DNA of 50,972 nt from a virus: IMG/VR virus record IMGVR_UViG_3300042975_000098; one strand, written 5' to 3'. The first letter of the stretch is position 1. Each line of letters begins with the position of its first letter. The notes under the pieces are model-generated. The model was not told the DNA's origin. It was given only the letters and a program-made list of their open reading frames with translations, and searched no databases. The translations under genes and the position numbers were made by a program. Shown piece by piece: positions 9,634 through 18,175 of this stretch.

Positions 9634-11538
9634 ATGATACGTCATCGTTATAACCTGAATGGGAGGGCTCGGCGTGGCTTCACGCTGATAGAACTCCTCG
9701 TGGTCATCGTGATCCTCGGGGTGCTCACCGCGATCGCCGTGCCCATCTACCTGAACCAGCGCGTGGCCGCCTGGAAGGCCACGGTGGTCAGTGATGTCCA
9801 CTCGGCCGCGGAGCAGGTGGAGCTCGCCTCGTACCATGGCGATGGTTCGCTCACCCAGTTGAGCGCGTACCATGATGCGCGCGCCGTGGCTGACGATACC
9901 GCAGACGGGTCGACCATTCTCTCCGATAAGACGTTCCCGAACGCGGACGGGAAGTATGATGGGCACGGCACCATCGGGTCCGAGCCCGTCCCCGTGAGCA
10001 CGGGCAACACCACGGAGATACAAGTCAAATCGGACAACTCGTACACCATCTACGGCGCGAACACGCACGTCCACGGCTGGGTGTACCGGTATGACTCCGC
10101 GCGCGGGGCCGGCGAGTGGGAGCACGGCTCATACCCGTCCGACCCGACCGCGCCCGACCCGGATACTGACTGCCCCGTGGTGCGTGACGGCGCGCGGCTC
10201 GTCATCGGCAAGGACGGCATGAGATGTAAGCTGAGTTCCGCTATGGTGTATGCGGTCATCGGAGACCGGTGGTCGACTAATACCCGGGACGACATCACCG
10301 AGATCGATCTCCACGGGCATATTGTGATCGTGGATGGTTTTTACCTGTTCAACAATATGAAATCGCTGACGACCATGCCCTACCTTCCTGGTCAATCAGT
10401 AACATCCAGCGTGGACGGCGTGTCATACGCGTGTATGTTCTGGGATGACTACAAGCTTACAACACCTGAGTCAATCAGTCATTGGGATACCCGTAACGTC
10501 ACGGACATGAGCGGCATGTTCAACGATGCGCATGCGTTCAACCAGCCGGTATCGAACTTCGACACGAGCAACGTCACGAACATGAGCAGCATGTTCTGGA
10601 ATGCGTATGCGTTCAACCAGCCGGTATCGAACTTCGACACGAGCAACGTCACGGCCATGGGCCTGATGTTCTGGGGTGCGCATGCGTTCAACCAGTCCGT
10701 GTCGAGCTTCGACACGAGCAAGGTAACGAACATGGTCGGCATGTTCAACTATGCGTATGCGTTCAACCAGCCCGTGTCTAACTTCAACACGAGGAACGTC
10801 ACGAACATGAGTTACATGTTCGAAAGTGCGCAAGCGTTCAACCAGCCCGTGTCGAACTTCGACACGAGCAACGTCACGAACATGAGCGGTATGTTCAACT
10901 ATGCGCGTGCGTTCAACCAGTCCGTGTCGAGCTTCAACACGAGCAAAGTCACGGCCATGGGCTATATGTTCGCCCGCGCGTATGCATTCAATCAGTCCGT
11001 ATCGAGCTTCAACACGAGCAAAGTCACGAACATGAACCGTATGTTCGAATATGCGTCTGTGTTCAATCAGTCCGTGTCGAACTTCAACACGAGCAACGTC
11101 ACGAACATGAGCGAAATGTTCAGCGATGCGCAAGCGTTCAACCAGCCGGTGCCGTTCGACACGAGGAACGTCACGGACATGAGCGGCATGTTCAACAGTG
11201 CGCAAGCGTTCAACCAGTCCGTATCGAGCTTCAACACGAGCAACGTCACGGACATGAACGGCATGTTCTGGGGTGCGTATGCGTTCAACCAGTCCGTGTC
11301 TAACTTCAACACGAGCAATGTACGGGACATGAGCGGCATGTTCGGGGGTGCGTATGCGTTCAACCAGCCCGTACCGTTCGACACGGGCAAGGTCACGGAC
11401 ATGGAGAGCATGTTCGTGAATGCAGGCACGTTCAACCAGGACCTGAATGATTGGAACGTCGCCAACGTCACCAGTCATCACGACTTCTCCCCCGGGTCCG
11501 CGCTGACCGCCGCCCACCTCCCCCACTTCACGTCATGA
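9634..11538 (+). CDS. Type IV pilin (prepilin N-methylation motif) fused to BspA/DUF285 surface repeats
   Basis: RRG^FTLIELLVVIVILGVLTAIAVP; ~13 repeats of FDTSNVTNMSGMFxxAxAFNQxVSx; GGGAG SD. Confidence 0.9.
   Translation: MIRHRYNLNGRARRGFTLIELLVVIVILGVLTAIAVPIYLNQRVAAWKATVVSDVHSAAEQVELASYHGDGSLTQLSAYHDARAVADDTADGSTILSDKTFPNADGKYDGHGTIGSEPVPVSTGNTTEIQVKSDNSYTIYGANTHVHGWVYRYDSARGAGEWEHGSYPSDPTAPDPDTDCPVVRDGARLVIGKDGMRCKLSSAMVYAVIGDRWSTNTRDDITEIDLHGHIVIVDGFYLFNNMKSLTTMPYLPGQSVTSSVDGVSYACMFWDDYKLTTPESISHWDTRNVTDMSGMFNDAHAFNQPVSNFDTSNVTNMSSMFWNAYAFNQPVSNFDTSNVTAMGLMFWGAHAFNQSVSSFDTSKVTNMVGMFNYAYAFNQPVSNFNTRNVTNMSYMFESAQAFNQPVSNFDTSNVTNMSGMFNYARAFNQSVSSFNTSKVTAMGYMFARAYAFNQSVSSFNTSKVTNMNRMFEYASVFNQSVSNFNTSNVTNMSEMFSDAQAFNQPVPFDTRNVTDMSGMFNSAQAFNQSVSSFNTSNVTDMNGMFWGAYAFNQSVSNFNTSNVRDMSGMFGGAYAFNQPVPFDTGKVTDMESMFVNAGTFNQDLNDWNVANVTSHHDFSPGSALTAAHLPHFTS
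10483..11470 (+). repeat. Coding tandem repeats, 72-75 bp units (DUF285/BspA)
   Basis: Recurrent GCGTTCAACCAG.C.GT.TCGA.CTTC.ACACGAGCAA.GTCACG. Confidence 0.95.
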
Positions 11539-12137
11539 CGAGAGTCGCCGACGGCCAACGGCCACAACCGTCAGCGCGACGAGGACGATACGCCGCCGAC
11601 TGCCGACAGTAGCCGGCGGTACCACCGCGCGCGTTCGACGCTGTTGCGCAGGCACGTGGACACCCGGTGGTCCGTGTCCTTCGTCGGCGCGTCGGCGAGC
11701 GCAGCCGGCTCCCAAGCGCCCACGACCTCGTTCAGCACGCTGAAGTCGATGATGTGGTAATGGAGACGATCGAACGCGTGCGGGTCGTGGGCGAGGATGG
11801 CGGCGTGGTCAAAGCCGACGCTGTTACCCGCAAGCATGATCCGATGCCCCTCGTCAGCGACGCGCCCGATATCGGCCACGAGGTCGGCGATGACGTCGCC
11901 CACGGGCCGCGCGGCCGCTGACGACGGGGCCGACTCCAGCATGAGACGGTTGCGCAGATGGGCTGGGAACAGCCGCGAGCGCGGCGTTATCGGCCGCTCC
12001 CGGCGCACCGGGTAGTGACGCAGCGCCGACCAGTCAGGCTCGATGCTCCAATCGGTGAAGATCCAACCGACCTCCAGAAGGTACGATTCGTCGCCGTGGT
12101 CCACGCCCACGGTTTCCACGTCAAGCCATAGCAGCCT

Positions 12138-13744
12138 TTGACTTCCTCCCCACGGCTGAAGCCGGGGGATTCCTGTCGCGTATGAGACACGTTCCTCAGT
12201 GGAGGAGCCTTCCGATACGTGTGGCAGGGGTTGGCGTTTCAGCGGGACCTTCCCGTGAAACATAGGTTTCACGGGTGGCGTGTCCCTCCACGCCCTCGGC
12301 ATCGTCCATGCCGGTTGTGTGTACCGCGCGGCCGAGGATGTTCTTGGCCGCGTTGATGTCCGCATTGTCCTTGTTACCGCAGTTGACGCATTGGAAGACC
12401 GCTTGGCTCTCACGGTTCTCCTTTGCGACATGACCGCAACGGCTGCAGGTCTGGGACGTGTACGCCGGGTCGATCAGTATGAGTCGGGTTCCGGCGAGAC
12501 GGGTCTTGTATTCGAGTTTGCTCTGGATATCCGCCCAACGGTTGTTGAGGATACTACGGTTCAATCCCGCTTTGGCCGCCGCACCGTTGCGCAGGTAGCG
12601 CCCCTTGTGATTGGGGTCCTGTTTCGGTTTCGGCTTGCGGGTCATTTGCCGGGTGTTCAACGCTTCCAAGGCGATGAGATCGTAGTCTTCGACCAGTCGG
12701 GTCGTGGTCTTCGCGACCCAATCGTCCTTGCGGTTGTTGGTGCGGCGGCGTATCGAACCCATGCGATTCAATGTGAGTTTGCGTCGTTTCGATTGGAATT
12801 TCGCGGTTTTCCCGCCACGCCGGCTGTTAACCGCGTCCTGCCGGGCGAGTTTGCGTTGCAGACGCAGATACGCTTGCTTCTCCCGTTTGGACGGTTGCGG
12901 CATGTCCAGCATGGTTCCATTCGACAAGGCCAATGTGTGGGCGCAACCACGGTCGATGCCGGTCTGCCGACCGGTGGCATTCCGCCGGATGGGTGACGGA
13001 ATGTTGGTGAACGTCAGAGTGCGTTCCGTCCAATTCACCCCGACACTCGTATAATCCCTGACGGGTTGGCTGACGCGCACGTGAATGGTGAGCCTCCAAC
13101 GGCATCCCGTTTCGCCCGGCTTGCGGAATGCTTTTTTCACGGTTCCGGTGATGACGACCACGCCACGCTTGCGTGACACCTGATGGTAGATGGCGTTGCC
13201 CGTCTTGGTTTGGTTGCGCCAACATACGAAATACTGGGGGTTGTGTTTGCGGGATTTGAACCCCGGGACACGGCCGCCATTATTCTTCTTGCGTTTCAAT
13301 GCGGCGTACCATTCCGAGTTCTCCACGCGCGTGGGACTGGCGAGAACGGCTGCGGGAATGCATGCGAGCCAAGAACACCGGGTTCGTGCCTCACTGTCCT
13401 TGCATGGCTCCCCGACGGCCGCCCCACCCAAGGGGACGTCCACCCACATGCGCTCATGGGATTCCATACCCTCCATGTAGCGGCGGATGACCCGATGCTC
13501 CCGATGCTGGTTGAAACGGGTGCGCCAACCATCACACAGCCAGTCCATGATGCGTTCGGGGTTGCGCGTCCAGCAATGGTTGTGGCATGAATCGTCGCCA
13601 AGGTACACGGTCGCGCCCGTGTGCCTGACTCTGATGATTCGTACCTTCTGGCTCATACTTTACATCTTACCACGAAAATAGTGATTAATCAAAAATGGCG
13701 GCTTACCCCAGTCTTACAAGACGGGGCTTGCGCCGCCCCCCCCT
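12138..13744 (-). mobile_element. IS200/IS605-family (IS1341-type, tnpB only) element
   Basis: Left-end hairpin GCCCCGTCTTGTAAGACTGGGG; right end GAATCCCCCGGCTTCAGCCGTGGGGAGGAAGTCAA; inserted 3' of TGAC with no target duplication. Confidence 0.92.
12196..13656 (-). CDS. tnpB: RNA-guided endonuclease TnpB
   Basis: RuvC motifs GIDRG / IALEAL / NADINAAKNI; Zn finger CSRC..CVNC. Confidence 0.95.
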   Translation of the reverse strand: MSQKVRIIRVRHTGATVYLGDDSCHNHCWTRNPERIMDWLCDGWRTRFNQHREHRVIRRYMEGMESHERMWVDVPLGGAAVGEPCKDSEARTRCSWLACIPAAVLASPTRVENSEWYAALKRKKNNGGRVPGFKSRKHNPQYFVCWRNQTKTGNAIYHQVSRKRGVVVITGTVKKAFRKPGETGCRWRLTIHVRVSQPVRDYTSVGVNWTERTLTFTNIPSPIRRNATGRQTGIDRGCAHTLALSNGTMLDMPQPSKREKQAYLRLQRKLARQDAVNSRRGGKTAKFQSKRRKLTLNRMGSIRRRTNNRKDDWVAKTTTRLVEDYDLIALEALNTRQMTRKPKPKQDPNHKGRYLRNGAAAKAGLNRSILNNRWADIQSKLEYKTRLAGTRLILIDPAYTSQTCSRCGHVAKENRESQAVFQCVNCGNKDNADINAAKNILGRAVHTTGMDDAEGVEGHATRETYVSREGPAETPTPATRIGRLLH

Positions 13745-13855
13745 GTCATCCAGTTCGGTCATCGATCGTCCTCCCATGTCGGCGTTGCCGGCGGTCGCGC
13801 GCGATCGTCCACGATCACGGTGCCGCCGGCCCGGTCATGATGATATTCAACGGGC

Positions 13856-14824
13856 ATGACTATGAGGGTGAGATGCGACGGACGGCACCTGTGGACGGTG
13901 ATGCGGGCGGCGACCGGCGAGGTGACGACGATGACCGCCGACCAGATCGTGAGCGACGGCGTGGGCAAGTGGCTGTTCCCCGCGCCGGGCGGCCGCTGGC
14001 TGCGCGCGCGTTCCGTCCGCGCCGTCGGCCCGGAGCCCGTGCGGTGTATCCGCGTGGATGACCCGTCCCACCTGTACGTGGTGGACACCGGCGACGGTTT
14101 CATCTACTCGCATAACACGGGCGGCGGCAAGTCCGTGCTCCAGCGCAACATCATCTTCCACGTCATCACGCACGCGAAGGAGATCAAGTTCCTCGGCATC
14201 GACCTCAAGAGGGTCGAACTCTCCCGGTACAAGAAGTACTCGAACGCGGTGCTCGGCGTGGCCACCACGCTGGAGGACGCCGTGGAGATACTCAGGTTCG
14301 CCCGCGAGACGATGATGAACCGGTACGCCGACATGGAGGGGATCACCGACAACTTCCTCGAACTCAAGAACGCGGGCCCGGCGCTGCTGGTCATGGTGGA
14401 CGAGGCCGGCGAACTGCTCGACCAGGGCGGCGGCAAGGCGCTGAGGGCGGACACCGAGGTGCGCAACCTGGAGGGGCGGGCGAACATCGGCGAGATCGAG
14501 ACCGGCGATCACGTGCTCGGCGAGGACGGGCGATGGCACGAGGTCACGGAGACGCTGCGCCCGCCGCGCCAGCGCGAGTACTCGCTCACGTTCGCCCGCG
14601 GGTCGGACGGCCGGAGGGAATCGTTCGTCGCCGGCGAGAACCATGACTGGGTGGTGACGATGCCGGGCGGCGAGCGCCGACGATTGAGCACCGGGGAGCT
14701 CCACGCGCTATGGTCGGCGACGCCGCCGGCCGAGAGGCGGGGCATCACGTTCACCCGGGCCGCCGCCATCGAGGATGACGCCGCCGGCGACGCCGACCGG
14801 GCGAACACGCGACACGCCGAGTAA
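13856..14824 (+). CDS. Split-intein fragment: IntC (13856-14116) - FtsK/SpoIIIE-type ATPase core (14117-14437) - IntN (14438-14821)
   Basis: RCDGRHLW (block B), EPVRCIRVD (F), YSHN/T (G); TGGGKS Walker A tail, GIDLKRVEL, LLVMVDEAGELL Walker B; ALRADTEV..IGEIETGDHVLGEDG (block A), AGENHDW (block B); in-frame TGA at 13841 just upstream. Confidence 0.85.
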   Translation: MTMRVRCDGRHLWTVMRAATGEVTTMTADQIVSDGVGKWLFPAPGGRWLRARSVRAVGPEPVRCIRVDDPSHLYVVDTGDGFIYSHNTGGGKSVLQRNIIFHVITHAKEIKFLGIDLKRVELSRYKKYSNAVLGVATTLEDAVEILRFARETMMNRYADMEGITDNFLELKNAGPALLVMVDEAGELLDQGGGKALRADTEVRNLEGRANIGEIETGDHVLGEDGRWHEVTETLRPPRQREYSLTFARGSDGRRESFVAGENHDWVVTMPGGERRRLSTGELHALWSATPPAERRGITFTRAAAIEDDAAGDADRANTRHAE

Positions 14825-14907
14825 GAACAGATCGACACGCCAATGGGTTGACCACGGCGTGTCGCTCATGTACTGTGGTGCCATCATCCAGCCAACGGAG
14901 GGGCATC

Positions 14908-15149
14908 ATGGCATACGTCAACCAATCGATGAGCGTACGGGCGGCGAACGCCTACGAGCATGGCGAGCGTCGAACCCCTCGGTCATCGCGGCGACCTCGC
15001 GCGCCGTCATCGTCGGCGGGTGGGCGGTGCTCGCGGACGGGCGGAGGAAGAGGCTGGCCGGCCAGCACATGAGGGTGCTCGCACGGTATGACCGGGCGCC
15101 GAGGGGAACCGCCGACGAGTATCGGCTGATCATGAGGCATGTCCGCTGA
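14908..15149 (+). pseudogene. Hypothetical phage-type gene with an apparent internal deletion or frameshift
   Basis: GGAGGG SD; MAYVNQSMSVRAANAYEHGE continues out of frame into GGWAVLADGRRKRLAG...YDRAPRGT. Confidence 0.45.
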
Positions 15150-15188
15150 CCACCTGCGGACGGGGGGGGGTGGGTTGCCGTCGCTTCG

Positions 15189-15405
15189 CCGCTATACCTG
15201 ATAGCTCCCTCCTTTAACACGATTTGAGGGGGTCGACCCGTGGCTTTCCCGTTGGCCATGACCAGTAGGTGGTGGAGTGATAGTGGCCTCATCATCATGC
15301 TGTGCGGACGCGCTGGGTCTTGCCGGACTGTAGTTCTGGGATTCACTGGACCCGCTTCCCGTGCTGCCGACCGTATACCTGATAGCTCCCTCCTTTAACA
15401 CGATT
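15189..15405 (-). repeat. Left arm of the repeat array: two core copies, perfect inverted duplicate of 16125-16341
   Basis: 217-bp identity on the opposite strand, compared by eye. Confidence 0.95.
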
Positions 15406-15775
15406 CCGAGGGGTCGCCGGCAGCATCCCGATACGGCGATGACATGGGCTGGCGCGGCACAGAATGGCCGAACGGCGTCGCCGGCACCGTTGACGGTGAC
15501 GCGAGCAGCACCGTAGAAACGGTAGAACGATTCGACCGTGGACGTCATCTGGTTCGCTCGCGCCGCCATCGTCTCGTGGGCGACGACGGGCGGGGTCGAC
15601 ATGGCGGTGATGGCGATCGCGAGCATGATGACGGCGGTGATGCCGATCGGCCAGCGTGAGCGGTCGACGCTGGCGTCGTGGTCATGAGCGCCATCGCGAT
15701 GATGTCCACGATGGCGAGCGCGAGGACGAGCACGATGGCCGCCGCCCGCTCCCATTCCGCGGCGTCATGCGTCAC
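15406..15775 (-). pseudogene. Possible membrane protein, frameshifted and cut off by the repeat arm
   Basis: Two hydrophobic helices in different frames (AAAIVLVLALAIVDIIAMAL; WPIGITAVIMLAIAITAM). Confidence 0.35.
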
Positions 15776-16100
15776 GAGCCCCGGTTCCTATGAGCATGAT
15801 CGCTCCCCTTCCTGATCGTGGTGCCAAGCATACGCCGTCGTTGCCGGCGACACGCGAGCGATCGGCGGCGATTTGATGGCGATCCGCGACGCGGTTCGTC
15901 GTAATCGGTCGGCAATGCCCCTGAGAATGACGAGGATGGCGTGTGAAGCGATAACATCACAATTACGTATAATCCTACCGCGTTTGACAATAAGTCGCTG
16001 TGAGGGGCCTTTACGTGCGTCTGAGGGCCATATCGTGTTTAGCCCATCATCACGGTGACCGTCGGTCGGTGGCGTTTCCATGAAACGAACTGGTCCACGC

Positions 16101-17150
16101 GAAAGCTACGGGTCAACCCCGTCAAATCGTGTTAAAGGAGGGAGCTATCAGGTATACGGTCGGCAGCACGGGAAGCGGGTCCAGTGAATCCCAGAACTAC
16201 AGTCCGGCAAGACCCAGCGCGTCCGCACAGCATGATGATGAGGCCACTATCACTCCACCACCTACTGGTCATGGCCAACGGGAAAGCCACGGGTCGACCC
16301 CCTCAAATCGTGTTAAAGGAGGGAGCTATCAGGTATAGCGGGGGCCGCCGCCGAAGCGAACCCGGTCATGACACGGCACGACACAATAGCCGTAGTGGCA
16401 ACGGGTCCACGCGACGGAGCGGATACCACATGGCGACCGTCATCAGCATATCCGTCAAAAGCTATGACCCTACCCCTCAGAATCGTGTTAAAGGAGGGAG
16501 CTATCAGGTATAGCGTGCCACAGGCGAAGCAGTCATAGCCACAACGGCAATAGTCCCACGCATGCCAATCGCAATTAGCGCGCCCCGTCCGAAAAGCTAC
16601 GAGGCAACCCCTTAAATCGCGTTAAAGGAGGGAGCTATCAGGTATAGCGATAGCCACGGCGCAGCGAACCTGGCCATGACATCACCATGGGGGCCACAAA
16701 CCATTCCGCTGTCCCCGCCAGTGACGCCAGTTGTCATCACGAACACCATCAATGAAAAGCCACGGGTCAACCCCGTCAAATCGCGTTAAAGGAGGGAGCT
16801 ATCAGGTATAGCGCGCCACAGGCGAAGCAAGATCAACCAGCACCCTTAACAAGACAAGGCCTCATGTGCTAGCCACCCCCAGCGATGCCCACCGTGCCCC
16901 TCACTCCACGGTGATGTGAAGCCATGATTAACACCGTCAAATCGTGTTAAAGGCGGAAGCTATCAGGTATAGCGGGCGCAGGCACGCCGGACGATCACGG
17001 GACTCCCTCAACGGCAACGAGGAGCCATCAGCACTATCGTCACCGAGTACAAGCGAATGGGAAGCCAATACCATCATCAGGTCAATCGCAAACGACATGG
17101 CGGCGACCCGTCAAATCGTGTTAAGGGTGGAAGCTATCAGGTATAGCGGG
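16101..17150 (+). repeat. Array of seven direct repeats, core AATCG(T/C)GTTAAAGGAGGGAGCTATCAGGTATAGCG, period 134-181 bp (candidate origin or protein-binding array)
   Basis: Cores start at 16125, 16306, 16481, 16615, 16779, 16940 and 17114; most are preceded by a looser AAAGCYAC...ACCCC.TCA; no credible ORF. Confidence 0.95.
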
Positions 17151-17306
17151 CGGCGGCCCAGAGAACCCCCCGCATACCACAGTCAACAGCGGCCCGTCAA
17201 CATGGAGCTCCCACCATCAGCATCGGGAATACGGAACGGGGGCGACACCACATGGGCATCGTCCCCGTCCGCTCGCGGTCACGCCGGCATCATCGGCGAG
17301 CCGGAG

Positions 17307-17645
17307 TCACAGCCATCGCGTGAGCATCATCAGCCCGACCGCCGCGAACGCGCCGCCGCCGATCGCGTTCCACACGCCGAGACCGGGTATGGGGCCGTCC
17401 TGCCCCATGAAGTTGAACACGATGATGATGACGAGACCGAGCAGCATGAGCCCGAACGACGTCGGCGCCAGCCAGTCGGGGCTGGTGGGCTTCGCCTTCG
17501 CCTCCTCGGCGTTCCGCTTCGTGGTCTCCACGGACTTCTTCAATGTTTCGCGGATACGATCGGGCATCGGCCCGTTGTCAACGTCATCCAGCGCCGCGCG
17601 CACCTTGGCGACGGCCTCCTCGATCTCTTCATCCTCATTGGTCAT
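17307..17645 (-). CDS. crgA: Cell division protein CrgA
   Basis: SPDWLAPTSFGLMLLGLVIIIVF...PIPGLGVWN..GG.....GLMMLTRW; leaderless ATG 8 nt after GATATT. Confidence 0.85.
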   Translation of the reverse strand: MTNEDEEIEEAVAKVRAALDDVDNGPMPDRIRETLKKSVETTKRNAEEAKAKPTSPDWLAPTSFGLMLLGLVIIIVFNFMGQDGPIPGLGVWNAIGGGAFAAVGLMMLTRWL

Positions 17646-17799
17646 GACGTTCGAATATCTATGATCGCGTGTCCAACCGCGCGCGATCATAGATATTCCG
17701 TGATGAAACCGTGAAGATTCCCGCAATCGACTTGACATGGGCGGGAGTTAGATGCTAACGAGTTGATTAGATTAGCAACGGAAGACAACGGGAGGCGTC

Positions 17800-18120
17800 A
17801 TGAGGTACCATATCAATCCGGAGACCCTACAGCCGGGCCGGTGCGGAGCCGAGTCGGACGTGGCGTGCCCATGGCGAACGAACGGGCACTACTCCTCCAT
17901 GGTGGAGGCGCAGGAGCGCGCGGAGGCGCTCACCGAGGAGCGTCAGTGCCAGATCGACTCCATCCATGCCGGTCCGGACGTCATCGGCGACATCGCCGTG
18001 CCGACCGGCGAGGACCCGGAGGTCATGGAGCGCGAGCGCCGCGAGCGCGAGGCCGACCAGGAGGCCGTGGACGCGTACTTCGGCGTGAAGAAGCACAGGT
18101 TCCTCTCCAAGCTCTTCTAA
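17800..18120 (+). CDS. Hypothetical protein with YHINPET..PGRC.A....CP.....HY Cys/His module
   Basis: GGGAGG SD; TTGACA at ~17732. Confidence 0.7.
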   Translation: MRYHINPETLQPGRCGAESDVACPWRTNGHYSSMVEAQERAEALTEERQCQIDSIHAGPDVIGDIAVPTGEDPEVMERERREREADQEAVDAYFGVKKHRFLSKLF

Positions 18121-18175
18121 GCCGTCGATCCGCGATCGCGCGATGCCGGCGAACGCGAACCGATATTCCCGTGGC

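Larger units (their letters stand above)
11571..13762 (-). pseudogene. Oligoribonuclease-like DEDDh exonuclease interrupted by an IS after codon 6
   Basis: LLWLDVET...LEVG...LAGNSVGFD...YHIIDFS...HR at 11571-12137; GGGAGG SD and ATG ACC GAA CTG GAT GAC at 13762-13745 join in frame if the IS is removed. Confidence 0.85.

Noticed and set aside
10483-11470. Diversity-generating retroelement TR/VR pair
   Set aside because: Ordinary coding tandem repeats; differences not adenine-specific; no reverse transcriptase in the window
11571-12431. 286-aa ORF as a real fusion protein, or the IS as an IStron
   Set aside because: The N-terminal part is read-through of the IS right end; no room or motifs for a group I intron between the left end and tnpB
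13744-13856. IS insertion as the cause of the truncated intein
   Set aside because: The IS sits in the divergent exonuclease gene and its removal restores that gene; no intein block A or FtsK N-terminus on either flank
15192-16513. Duplicated ORFs such as MLKEGAIRYTVG... and MNPRTTVRQDPAR...
   Set aside because: By-products of the inverted duplication; no consistent frame or start context across repeat units
16101-17150. CRISPR array
   Set aside because: Spacers are ~100-145 bp, irregular and partly related to each other; copies occur on both strands; no cas1/cas2 or effector nearby
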